A stretch of DNA of 42,711 nt, taken from the IMG/VR virus record IMGVR_UViG_3300025520_000003, positions 1-42,711 of that record; one strand, 5' to 3'. Position numbers and translations under genes: made by a program. Of the stretch, positions 25,389-32,701 are shown piece after piece. This DNA comes from a virus. The notes under the pieces were generated by a model that was not told where the DNA came from, ran no database searches, and worked only from the letters and a program-made list of their open reading frames with translations. The stretch's first letter is position 1, and every line of letters starts with the position of its first letter.

Positions 25389-25792
25389 AACGACTCCTTT
25401 AGTAATTGATTATGTAAATCTGCGACTATCTGGTAGACCGTGCGAGCTTCCTCCAGACTCTTAATCTCGCCAGTGTGGTACTGATAGCCCAGGCGTTTAG
25501 CGATGTGAGCGTATGCCTGACCTCGTTTAATCATTCCCGATTTCCACAGTGGGTCGAGTAGGTCATGAATCTTAATTCGTGCCTTCAAGATTTCTGGTGT
25601 GGCTAGGTAGCCAAGGGGTAAGGTGCGATTGGTAGTCTTGTGGTGGCAGCCAACCCATGCGCCGCAGGTATCGCAGTGCCAGAAGGGAAGTTCGGCTAGG
25701 TCTGGTCGGTGTGGATAGCGTTCAGTGCCATCGGTGAGACGAGCTTCGACTTCGGTTTCACAGCCTGTGCAGTAGATAGTCTTTGTTACCAT
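25385..25792 (-). CDS. DUF3268-like zinc-finger protein
   Basis: 135 aa with CTGC...HCDTCGAWVGCH followed by a helical C-terminal region, a pattern recalled from phage DUF3268 proteins. Confidence 0.55.
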   Translation of the reverse strand: MVTKTIYCTGCETEVEARLTDGTERYPHRPDLAELPFWHCDTCGAWVGCHHKTTNRTLPLGYLATPEILKARIKIHDLLDPLWKSGMIKRGQAYAHIAKRLGYQYHTGEIKSLEEARTVYQIVADLHNQLLKESL

Positions 25793-26025
25793 GATTGCTC
25801 CTCAACTTCCTTTATTAAAACTACGTGACCAATCTTTTTAGGCAGTCTAGCCAGCCAGTAAACCTTTAGTTGATTACCAAAGATTTGATTGACGCTTTTT
25901 TCGTTCATGGGGACTTCGGCGGTGTACTTTCTCGTCTTGTCATACATCAACACACCAGCGTCGCCGTGACTTGAGAATATTGGCCTTTGAAGTTTTACGA
26001 TTATTGGTCTTGTGTAGCCTTTCAT
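25786..26025 (-). CDS. hypothetical protein
   Basis: 79-aa ORF. Confidence 0.55.
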   Translation of the reverse strand: MKGYTRPIIVKLQRPIFSSHGDAGVLMYDKTRKYTAEVPMNEKSVNQIFGNQLKVYWLARLPKKIGHVVLIKEVEEQSW

Positions 26026-26180
26026 ATTTTCTTTCCCGTCACGACCCGAAAGCCATTCTTTTCCAGGAGGCTAATCCAGCGTCGTTTTTGATTATCGTTT
26101 GTGAGTGTCTCGGTTGCCACGTATTGACCCTTGCGAGCAGTTACGGTGAGTGATGATTTCTTTGATGTGGTTGCGTTCAT
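26022..26180 (-). CDS. hypothetical small basic protein (52 aa, below the ORF-track cutoff)
   Basis: Hand translation gives MNATTSKKSSLTVTARKGQYVATETLTNDNQKRRWISLLEKNGFRVVTGKKI. It has an AAAGGG SD and an ATGA overlap with the next gene. Confidence 0.5.
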   Translation of the reverse strand: MNATTSKKSSLTVTARKGQYVATETLTNDNQKRRWISLLEKNGFRVVTGKKI

Positions 26181-26238
26181 ATTGTTGACCCTTTGTTTAG
26201 TTATTAAGCGTATGGTGCTAGTAGCAGGTTGTCAGCGA

Positions 26239-26421
26239 TTACTCGCTAGACAATTGCTCTACGTCCCGACAAAAGGCTGAACCGCTATACTCAGATTCTT
26301 TCTCCAGTTTCCAGCTAAAGAATCCGTTAGCTTTACCAAGTTCCTTGGCTTCGTCATCACTGTTGACGATAGCCCAAGCCATTTGGTGCCAATGTCGTCC
26401 TGGATTGAATATTGCAATCAT
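26239..26421 (-). CDS. hypothetical protein
   Basis: I prefer the start at MIAIF (26421), which has a GGAAGG SD. Confidence 0.5.
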   Translation of the reverse strand: MIAIFNPGRHWHQMAWAIVNSDDEAKELGKANGFFSWKLEKESEYSGSAFCRDVEQLSSE

Positions 26422-26498
26422 AACCTTCCTTTCGTTAATAACCGACAATCTACTACCAGCACTACTACGCTCAATTGTTAATGTTCAGCCTTTGCTGG

Positions 26499-26624
26499 CT
26501 AGGCGTTCTGGATAATTTCAATCGCTTTTCGTATCTCGGCTTTGGTCATTTCCAGTGCGTCTCTCAGACCGTCCAGGTATGTGCCGTGTTCGTGGTTGGC
26601 GATTAGTTCTTCTGTTGATTGCAT
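26499..26624 (-). CDS. hypothetical small protein (41 aa)
   Basis: I prefer the start at MQSTEE (26624), which has an AAAGGAG SD. Confidence 0.45.
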   Translation of the reverse strand: MQSTEELIANHEHGTYLDGLRDALEMTKAEIRKAIEIIQNA

Positions 26625-26725
26625 TTGATTTCTCCTTTTAGTTAATGAGTATCTAGGCAGTGCCAGTTTATTAGAGTGACCCCCAGCAAGCGCTGGCTTA
26701 TATAGCACAGGTCACTGATTGTATC

Positions 26726-27052
26726 CTAGAGTGCCTGTACCGCCTTCAGCAAGTCAGCCAACTCAATTTGTGCAGCGAGAGGTATGACAACCTTGCCGCT
26801 TTTGAAGTCTCCCTTTGAACTAAGGTTCTTAGTCTCGATTGAGACGTTGCCGACTTTCCAGCCTCCCTCAAACGCTGACTTCTGAATCTTCAGCTCGACA
26901 GTTACGATTGAGGTTGGGCTTCCGAGCCAGTCCTGGCACTTGATTCCTTTGAAGAAGGTGTCTTTCTCCCAGCTGAGTGCCTTCTGGGTGAAGCCAAGCT
27001 TCTTGATTTCTGAAGCTAATTTGGCGCTGGTCTTGATTGATGTGTTGTTCAT
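26726..27052 (-). CDS. hypothetical protein
   Basis: 108 aa with an AAAGGAA SD. Confidence 0.55.
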   Translation of the reverse strand: MNNTSIKTSAKLASEIKKLGFTQKALSWEKDTFFKGIKCQDWLGSPTSIVTVELKIQKSAFEGGWKVGNVSIETKNLSSKGDFKSGKVVIPLAAQIELADLLKAVQAL

Positions 27053-27118
27053 GATTGTATTCCTTTGAGTTTAAGTTGTGTGGTTGAGCAGTTTGGTGAC
27101 TTGCTCAGGTCTGGTTGA

Positions 27119-27466
27119 TTATTCTCCAGTACCGTGCTGGCTGATTTTGCTTTCAAGGTATTCTTTGCGGAGGCGGTAGAAGTTTGAGCGGTTGCCACCG
27201 TCAAGCAGGTTGAGGTGAGTGCTGATTGGGTGAACGCTTCCATCTGTACTTACCCAGAAGTCAACTCCTCGTAGTCCTGGCTTGCCGTTTGCGTTGATGA
27301 CTGCGGTGGTAACGTGATACCAGAGGGTGCTGCCTTCGCTCGCAAGAGTGTGTGGCTCTTTGCTGACTGCTAGTACAAGGTGCGTGTGGCCAAGGCGGTT
27401 ATAAACCATTCCGTCCCATGCGGTTAGTATTCGTCCTGGCTTGATTGAGTATTTGGTTGTTGTCAT
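27119..27466 (-). CDS. hypothetical protein, first gene after early promoter copy 1
   Basis: 115 aa, preceded by the conserved leader GAAAGGCAAAAAACC. Confidence 0.6.
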   Translation of the reverse strand: MTTTKYSIKPGRILTAWDGMVYNRLGHTHLVLAVSKEPHTLASEGSTLWYHVTTAVINANGKPGLRGVDFWVSTDGSVHPISTHLNLLDGGNRSNFYRLRKEYLESKISQHGTGE

Positions 27467-27507
27467 AACGGTTTTTTGCCTTTCGTTATTGGTTGTTCCT
27501 ACCTCTT

Positions 27508-27535
27508 ATAATACGCCCTTTTGATATAATGTCAA
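27508..27535 (-). promoter_or_regulatory. sigma70-type promoter (TTGACA-N16-TATTAT), copy 1 of a paralogous promoter/leader cassette
   Basis: The -35 element is at 27535-27530 and the -10 element at 27513-27508. The leader motif lies at 27470-27484. Confidence 0.6.
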
Positions 27536-27569
27536 CTATTTTGTGTTAGATTCTGTTAAGAAATTGGTT

Positions 27570-27971
27570 TTAGGCAATTTTCCAGATGACGTAGGCTGAT
27601 TTTTCGCCGCTGTCCCATGTGTCCTTGACCTTGCCGCCGCTGACTGCGACTACATGGTTTGCCACCTGTACAACGTAAGTGTCTCTACTGAGAAGTGCCA
27701 CCTGTCGTGCGGTCAGACGCTTGCCGTTGGTCATCACAGGCAGCCGTGTTCCAATCTTATCCAAATAGGGGACAAACACTCTTTTGTCGTTTGGCGGCGC
27801 TAGGGCCTCTCTACCGAGCGCCGTCAGCTCGTCGTAGACCTCCAACCAGCTTTTGCCAGTCGCAATGCTTATAGCCCTGAATACGCAGTCTCCGACCGTT
27901 CTAATGCCCTTTGGGTGAGGATTGGTGAACTCGAAGGTTGAGGTGTTCTTTCGATATGCTGGAGTGGCCAT
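27570..27971 (-). CDS. hypothetical protein with a papain-like Cys...His...Asp arrangement (tentative)
   Basis: 133 aa containing GDCVFRAISIATG, then NHVVAVSGG, then KDTWD. Confidence 0.35.
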   Translation of the reverse strand: MATPAYRKNTSTFEFTNPHPKGIRTVGDCVFRAISIATGKSWLEVYDELTALGREALAPPNDKRVFVPYLDKIGTRLPVMTNGKRLTARQVALLSRDTYVVQVANHVVAVSGGKVKDTWDSGEKSAYVIWKIA

Positions 27972-28243
27972 TAGAGTGCCACTTTCAACGTCATACCGTC
28001 GAATGGTTCGAGGTAGAAGTCATTGTTACCGATGACGTAGACGTTCTCGCCGTAGATGATGTCTTCGACACGGCGGCTGAATTCACAGAAGTCGTAAGCG
28101 TCGTCGTTAAGTAGGATAACCATTCCGTCAGAACCACGCTCAAAGGCTTCAACTCGTGGAGTGAGTCCTTCGCCGTCGAATGCTTTAAGTTCTTTGTTGA
28201 TTCGCTTTGCGATAATTTCGTAGTGGGTCTTTGTTGCAGTCAT
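27971..28243 (-). CDS. hypothetical acidic protein, first gene after early promoter copy 2
   Basis: 90 aa with about 17 acidic and 10 basic residues, preceded by the conserved leader. Confidence 0.6.
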   Translation of the reverse strand: MTATKTHYEIIAKRINKELKAFDGEGLTPRVEAFERGSDGMVILLNDDAYDFCEFSRRVEDIIYGENVYVIGNNDFYLEPFDGMTLKVAL

Positions 28244-28280
28244 GGGTTTTTTGCCTTTCCATGTATTAACTTACTCTCTG

Positions 28281-28309
28281 ATAGTACACCCATTTTCACA
28301 TTGTGTCAA
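28281..28309 (-). promoter_or_regulatory. sigma70-type promoter (TTGACA-N17-TACTAT), copy 2 of the paralogous promoter/leader cassette
   Basis: The -35 element is at 28309-28304 and the -10 element at 28286-28281. An identical 15-nt leader motif lies at 28245-28259. Confidence 0.65.
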
Positions 28310-28346
28310 TGATTTTGCATTAAATTATATTAAGAAAGTTATCAAC

Positions 28347-28376
28347 AAAAAAACCAGCTAGATTTCTCCAGCTGGT
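28347..28376 (-). terminator. rho-independent terminator
   Basis: Minus strand reads CCAGCTGGAGA-aatc-TAGCTGG followed by TTTTTTT. Confidence 0.7.
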
Positions 28377-28599
28377 GTAAAGTCCTCACAACTCCATTTT
28401 GCTCAGTAATTCTCGCACTGCTACTGAGGGTCGGTAAGTGTCTCAACTTGGGTTCTTACCCTACCTATCATTTTAGTTCATGTAGCCGATAAATCAACAA
28501 GAAAAAGTGCTAAAAAATAAAGCACCTGTGGATAGGGTCAACTAAACCACAGGGCTTCTAAATAGGGTGGCGACTTAACAACTGTCTCCGTTTTTAATT

Positions 28600-29295
28600 C
28601 TAGCTTGAAACCTCTTGATTATCAACATCGTTCACAGCCAGGTAATCTTCACAAATTGCCGTGAGCGCATTAGCTTCTAAATCTCGATTTGCTTCGCCGC
28701 TGAAGTTGCGTTTGGTTCGCATGATGGCAATTGCTTTCTGGACAATTTCATATTGACGTTCAGTCAGGTCGAGCTTCATGCGATTTGGGTTGGACTCTGG
28801 ACTATCTTCTGAAGCTTCTTCGAGTCCAAGCAGTCGTTCAACTTCGCCTTTTGTTTGACCAGTTGCTTCCAATAGGTCGGGATTATTTTCGAGCAGCCAG
28901 CTGTCCCATTCAGCCAAAAGTTCCATGTCCCATTCACCAGAAATTCTGTTGGCGGCAATGTTTGCGGCCTTCTCAGTGGCCTCGTCCCAACGCACAACAC
29001 GATAGGCATAATGCTCGTCTTTGAAGGTCACGTAGCCTATGGCGACCGTGCCAACGCTATTTGGTTGTTCAAGCCGTGTCGTAATTTGAACCTTTTTGTT
29101 ACCCTCTAAAGCACGGAAAGCTTCGGTTCGTTGATGTCCTCCAACCAGCATTCCAGTCGCTTCATTGAAGACTATACCTGACAAATCACCGAACCTTGCG
29201 ACCGAATTCTTCAAGGCGTTGAAGTCGTGGTCATTGATTTTACGGGGGTTATTTGGGTTCGGATTTAGGTCATCTAAATCTATGATTTCTACCAT
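28600..29295 (-). CDS. ParB N-terminal (ParB/Srx-like nuclease) domain protein
   Basis: 231 aa. The N-terminus (IDLDDLNPNPNNPRKI...LKNSVARFGDLSGIVFNE...LVGGHQRTEAF) matches the ParB-like domain pattern. No ParA partner gene is present. Confidence 0.7.
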   Translation of the reverse strand: MVEIIDLDDLNPNPNNPRKINDHDFNALKNSVARFGDLSGIVFNEATGMLVGGHQRTEAFRALEGNKKVQITTRLEQPNSVGTVAIGYVTFKDEHYAYRVVRWDEATEKAANIAANRISGEWDMELLAEWDSWLLENNPDLLEATGQTKGEVERLLGLEEASEDSPESNPNRMKLDLTERQYEIVQKAIAIMRTKRNFSGEANRDLEANALTAICEDYLAVNDVDNQEVSS

Positions 29296-29378
29296 TGTTA
29301 TCTCCTAATTGATACCTTAGTTATAGCACACCCTTACCCCTATTAAAACCGTGTTAAGCATTACAACAATACAGGGGT

Positions 29379-29417
29379 AAAAAAATAAGATGACCGCTTG
29401 CGAGGGACGGTCATCTT
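29379..29417 (-). terminator. strong rho-independent terminator after the DUF559-like gene
   Basis: A 10-bp stem (AAGATGACCG with CGGTCATCTT) has an 11-nt loop. The minus strand continues ATTTTTTTAC. Confidence 0.75.
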
Positions 29418-29422
29418 GGAAG

Positions 29423-29497
29423 TTTTTGTGGAGTTTTTGTGTTGAGGTTTTTTGAGTTTTTGGCGTTTTTGTTTTTGTGTAGTGGCGACTGTTTTTT
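29423..29497. repeat. array of seven T5-6 tracts / (G/A)GTTTTTG repeats
   Basis: T-tracts start at 29423, 29434, 29448, 29457, 29466, 29472 and 29492. Most spacings are 9-14 nt. Confidence 0.7.
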
Positions 29498-29570
29498 GTT
29501 CGTCACTATCTATAGCGTAAACCATGCGGAACACCTTTGCAATAAGATTTTAACAACAATATTTACAAAG

Positions 29571-29579
29571 TTATGCACA
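29571..29579 (+). promoter_or_regulatory. DnaA-box consensus match (TTATGCACA)
   Basis: Matches TTATNCACA at 9 of 9 positions. The 9-mer is identical to the one at 20434-20442 in the opposite orientation. Confidence 0.45.
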
Positions 29580-29661
29580 CCATTATTAGTGTTCATTTTG
29601 GATTTTCTGAAAATAAAAAACGGCCATGAACACCAAAATTATCGAACCATTTTTGTACTCA

Positions 29662-30159
29662 TTATTTTCGAGCCATAAATTGCAAAACTTGGCGCTGCAC
29701 ATAGTCAGGATTTCGCCACAAATCGGCAGCCTGAATATGAAAAAGTGTCCAGCCAAATTGTCTCATATATTCATCACGCTCCATTTCTTTTACGACGTCC
29801 ATGTGCCAATCACGGCCGTCAATTTCTAAGCCACGACGACGCTCGACGTCCCCAAAGTCTACAAAGCTTTTGCCGACACGTACTTCACGTTCATAACCAT
29901 GACGTTTCAGGAAGCGCCCTAACGACACCACGTAAGCCAACGGGAATTTAGTCCGTGGGTGTCGGTCATCATAAAACGTCACCACATGGCCGCCCATAAT
30001 GCGGATAAACCGTACTTCTGCAGGGCTGATATAAAGCATGCGGCTGCGACGCCCGATTTGGGAGCGAAGGATATAATATTTCTTCTTTATTTTTAGCCAC
30101 GACATTGGTACTATTATCCCAGATGATTCCTCGGAGTCATAGCACTTTCGGTAGCACAT
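29662..30159 (-). CDS. DUF559 / Vsr-like (restriction-endonuclease fold) nuclease domain protein
   Basis: The C-terminal part (VDFGDVERRRGLEIDGRDWHMDVVKEMERDEYMRQFGWTLFHI) fits the DUF559 pattern VDF..(x)..iE.DG..H....D..R...L...GW. The start codon is uncertain because no SD is present. Confidence 0.6.
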   Translation of the reverse strand: MCYRKCYDSEESSGIIVPMSWLKIKKKYYILRSQIGRRSRMLYISPAEVRFIRIMGGHVVTFYDDRHPRTKFPLAYVVSLGRFLKRHGYEREVRVGKSFVDFGDVERRRGLEIDGRDWHMDVVKEMERDEYMRQFGWTLFHIQAADLWRNPDYVQRQVLQFMARK

Positions 30160-30233
30160 ATGTTTTATGTTCTAAGAAGTAACCTTTGATAAAAGACGCC
30201 AACCCGTTTTATATTCAACAAATTTCAATAGCG

Positions 30234-30270
30234 CCCCTGTTCTAGCTACCAACGGGGGTGTTATTTTTAT
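30234..30270 (+). terminator. terminator-like hairpin immediately upstream of the rightward promoter
   Basis: CCCCTGTT-ctagctacc-AACGGGGG (8 bp with one G-U pair) followed by TGTTATTTTTAT. Confidence 0.45.
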
Positions 30271-30271
30271 G

Positions 30272-30300
30272 TTGACATGGGAAATGATTGTACATATAAT
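30272..30300 (+). promoter_or_regulatory. perfect consensus sigma70 promoter (TTGACA-N17-TATAAT) for the plus-strand module
   Basis: TTGACA at 30272-30277, a 17-nt spacer, and TATAAT at 30295-30300. Confidence 0.8.
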
Positions 30301-30391
30301 CGTGATTAGCTATTTAACACGAAAGGGTCAACAGGTATTGAATAGATAAGTTCTTATTATCGTCTATTTATATTAACAATTAGGGGGAAGC

Positions 30392-30511
30392 ATGGTCGTA
30401 AGGGTTAAGCACCAGCCCATTATCAAAATTCCATTTACAGTTATTAAAACAAGAATGAAAATCGTGCCAGTCGTGATTGAAACATCATGGCGTGAATTCA
30501 TAGCAACATAA
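30392..30511 (+). CDS. small leader ORF (39 aa)
   Basis: An AGGGGGAAG SD precedes the ATG. Hand translation gives MVVRVKHQPIIKIPFTVIKTRMKIVPVVIETSWREFIAT, ending 8 nt before the next gene. Confidence 0.4.
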   Translation: MVVRVKHQPIIKIPFTVIKTRMKIVPVVIETSWREFIAT

Positions 30512-30519
30512 GGAGAGTT

Positions 30520-30942
30520 ATGGCTACCAAAGACATAGACGCAATTAAGCAAGAGCTGGCGCAAGACGTTCAGTCTCTCATTCCGATTCAAAACGACATT
30601 CTTCAATTACAGCAATCACCAGAGGTGGTTAAGTATCTTGAGAAGGTCAATCAGTTCAAGAATAAAGAGGCCGCTATCCGTGAGGTCATTCAGGGCCAGA
30701 TGGAGAAGCACGGTATCAAAAGCATTAAGGGTGAGAACTGGGGTTCAATGACCATTCGTGAGAACACCAACTTCTCGGCCGAAGACCTTGACTCAGTGCC
30801 ACCGAAGTTCATCAAGAAAGCACTCGATACCACTAAGCTGCGAGCGCACCTCAAGCTATCTGATAAGCTTCCAAAGGGAGTTGAAGTCACACACACCCGT
30901 TCTCTTGTGATTAAATTAAAAAGTCCAACCGAGGAATCCTAG
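30520..30942 (+). CDS. siphovirus Gp157-like protein
   Basis: 140 aa with an N-terminal coiled coil. The C-terminal pattern (MTIRENTNFSAEDLDSVPPKFIKK...LK...LPKGVEVTHTRSLVIK) fits the family. It is the first gene of the RecT module. Confidence 0.55.
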   Translation: MATKDIDAIKQELAQDVQSLIPIQNDILQLQQSPEVVKYLEKVNQFKNKEAAIREVIQGQMEKHGIKSIKGENWGSMTIRENTNFSAEDLDSVPPKFIKKALDTTKLRAHLKLSDKLPKGVEVTHTRSLVIKLKSPTEES

Positions 30943-30943
30943 C

Positions 30944-31048
30944 ATGCTACGTGCAATGGACGAAGACGACCTGATGGACGAACGAATGCGTGAGCAAGAA
31001 GAAAGCGAACGCCAATATCAAGAATCAATCCTAAACGAGAATCAATAA
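30944..31048 (+). CDS. small acidic ORF (34 aa)
   Basis: Hand translation gives MLRAMDEDDLMDERMREQEESERQYQESILNENQ. It has a GAGGAA SD and a TAATG overlap with recT. Confidence 0.35.
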   Translation: MLRAMDEDDLMDERMREQEESERQYQESILNENQ

Positions 31049-31914
31049 TGTCAAACCTACCATCTAAAATCACCATCAAAGAATACATCTCAGCACCAGC
31101 CGTTCAAAAGAAAATGAACGAAATGCTTGTCGATAAAGATACTATCCGTAACTTTACCACCAGTCTTATCTCTATCTCTGGTCAGGACGCACTCTTGGCT
31201 GAAGCAGAGCCTCGTTCACTATTCAATGCAGCACTCGAAGCTGCCAGCATGAACCTCCCAATCTCTAAGAGCCTTGGGTTCGCTCACATCATCGGCTACA
31301 AGAACAACAAAAAGGGTGGCGTTGTTGAAGCGCAGTTCCAAATGGGCGCACGTGGCTTTAAGGAGCTTGCCCAACGAACTGGCCGCTACACCATCATTAA
31401 CGAAACTGAAGTCAAAGAAGGTGAGGTCAAGAGCCGAAACCGTCTGACTGGTGAAGTCGAGTTTGCTTTCATCGAAGATGATGTTGAACGTGGCAATGCC
31501 AAGACCATTGGATATGTTTCATTCTTCCGACTCGACAATGGCTATGAGTCAACCCTCTACTGGACAAATGAACAGATTGAAGCTCACGCTCGTAAATACT
31601 CTCAATCATTCAAATCTGGCTACGGGCCTTGGAAAGATAACTTTGACGCAATGGCACTGAAGACCGTCATGAAGCGCAACATCAAAAACAACGGGCCACT
31701 TGATATTAACTTGCAACGAGCGCTTGACGTTGACCAGGCGATTATCCGTGACGACAAAATTGACTACATCGACGGCAATGACCTACTGGCTAATGAGGAA
31801 GCCACAGACGTTGAGGAAGACGCTATCCTTGCAGCCCAAGAAGAAGCGGCTGAACTCGAAAAGAACACCGACAAAACAACTGGCGAAATCAAAGACACCA
31901 AGAAAGGTAAGTAA
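31048..31914 (+). CDS. recT: RecT-family single-strand annealing recombinase
   Basis: 288 aa with the core (AQFQMGARGFKELAQRTGRY...GYVSFFRLDNGYE...). It is adjacent to the YqaJ exonuclease gene. Confidence 0.8.
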   Translation: MSNLPSKITIKEYISAPAVQKKMNEMLVDKDTIRNFTTSLISISGQDALLAEAEPRSLFNAALEAASMNLPISKSLGFAHIIGYKNNKKGGVVEAQFQMGARGFKELAQRTGRYTIINETEVKEGEVKSRNRLTGEVEFAFIEDDVERGNAKTIGYVSFFRLDNGYESTLYWTNEQIEAHARKYSQSFKSGYGPWKDNFDAMALKTVMKRNIKNNGPLDINLQRALDVDQAIIRDDKIDYIDGNDLLANEEATDVEEDAILAAQEEAAELEKNTDKTTGEIKDTKKGK

Positions 31915-32531
31915 TGCCCCGTGCAGTCATCACCTTCCATGACGTCGAACAAGGGTCTCCCGAATGGCTGGAAGCTAGAGAAGGTATGTACACAGGCTCG
32001 AACGCCGATAAACTTCTTAACGGTATTGGAGACTTGGAATATGCTAAAGCCAGAGAGTCATCATTTGGCGGTAATTTCTGGACAAAGCGTGGTCATCTTC
32101 TCGAATCCCAGGCTGTTAAGCTCTACGAAAAAAAGAACGGCGTTGTAGTCGTCACCACTGGATACGTGACCAACTCACTGTATCCAGGGTGTCTCTACTC
32201 TCCAGATGGTCTCCCGACTGACATCGTGCTAGAGGTCAAGTGCTTCAGTAAAGACAAGCACCTCGAACTCTACAATGCAAAGTCGGTGCTTAACCTACCA
32301 ACTAAAATCGTAGCGCAAATCCATTACGGCATGCTCATCACAGGGCGTCGAAAGGCTATCTTGCTTATCTTCAACCCGATGTTTGCAAAAAAGTATTTCG
32401 AGGACGAGAATGGCGTTAAGACCGAGAATCCCGATTACGACCCAATCAAAGCCTACAAAGAAATTGTCATTCGATACGACAAAGATATTGCCGACAACTT
32501 TAAGAGAAAAATAACAGGAGTACCAGTGTGA
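31914..32531 (+). CDS. YqaJ-like (lambda Exo-type PD-(D/E)xK) exonuclease
   Basis: 205 aa containing QGSPEWLEAREGMYTGSNADKLL and SPDG...LEVKC. Confidence 0.8.
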   Translation: MPRAVITFHDVEQGSPEWLEAREGMYTGSNADKLLNGIGDLEYAKARESSFGGNFWTKRGHLLESQAVKLYEKKNGVVVVTTGYVTNSLYPGCLYSPDGLPTDIVLEVKCFSKDKHLELYNAKSVLNLPTKIVAQIHYGMLITGRRKAILLIFNPMFAKKYFEDENGVKTENPDYDPIKAYKEIVIRYDKDIADNFKRKITGVPV

Positions 32532-32701
32532 GTGAAGCAGGCAAAACCGCCATCGACCAGATAAAAATAGTCACTGAAATGACCGAAGATAAGGCCGTGA
32601 AGCAGCTGGCAAAAATCTTGGCTAACTACATTAAAGATACTGAGAAGCAGGAAGCAGGCTTCGTAGCTGGAGGGAAAGATGACCGACAAAAGAAGCATTA
32701 G
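32528..32701 (+). CDS. hypothetical small protein (57 aa, GTG start)
   Basis: An AGGAG SD lies 7 nt upstream of the GTG at 32528. The ORF overlaps both neighbouring genes. Confidence 0.4.
   Translation: MSEAGKTAIDQIKIVTEMTEDKAVKQLAKILANYIKDTEKQEAGFVAGGKDDRQKKH

Noticed and set aside
27049-27243. 64-aa minus-strand ORF overlapping gene 27119..27466 in another frame
   Set aside because: It has no SD and low-complexity Thr/Ser/Ala content. The 115-aa ORF with the conserved promoter and leader accounts for this region.
29296-29378. Promoter for the ParB-like gene
   Set aside because: Only a weak TTTAAT...TATAAC candidate is visible. That is not enough to call a feature.
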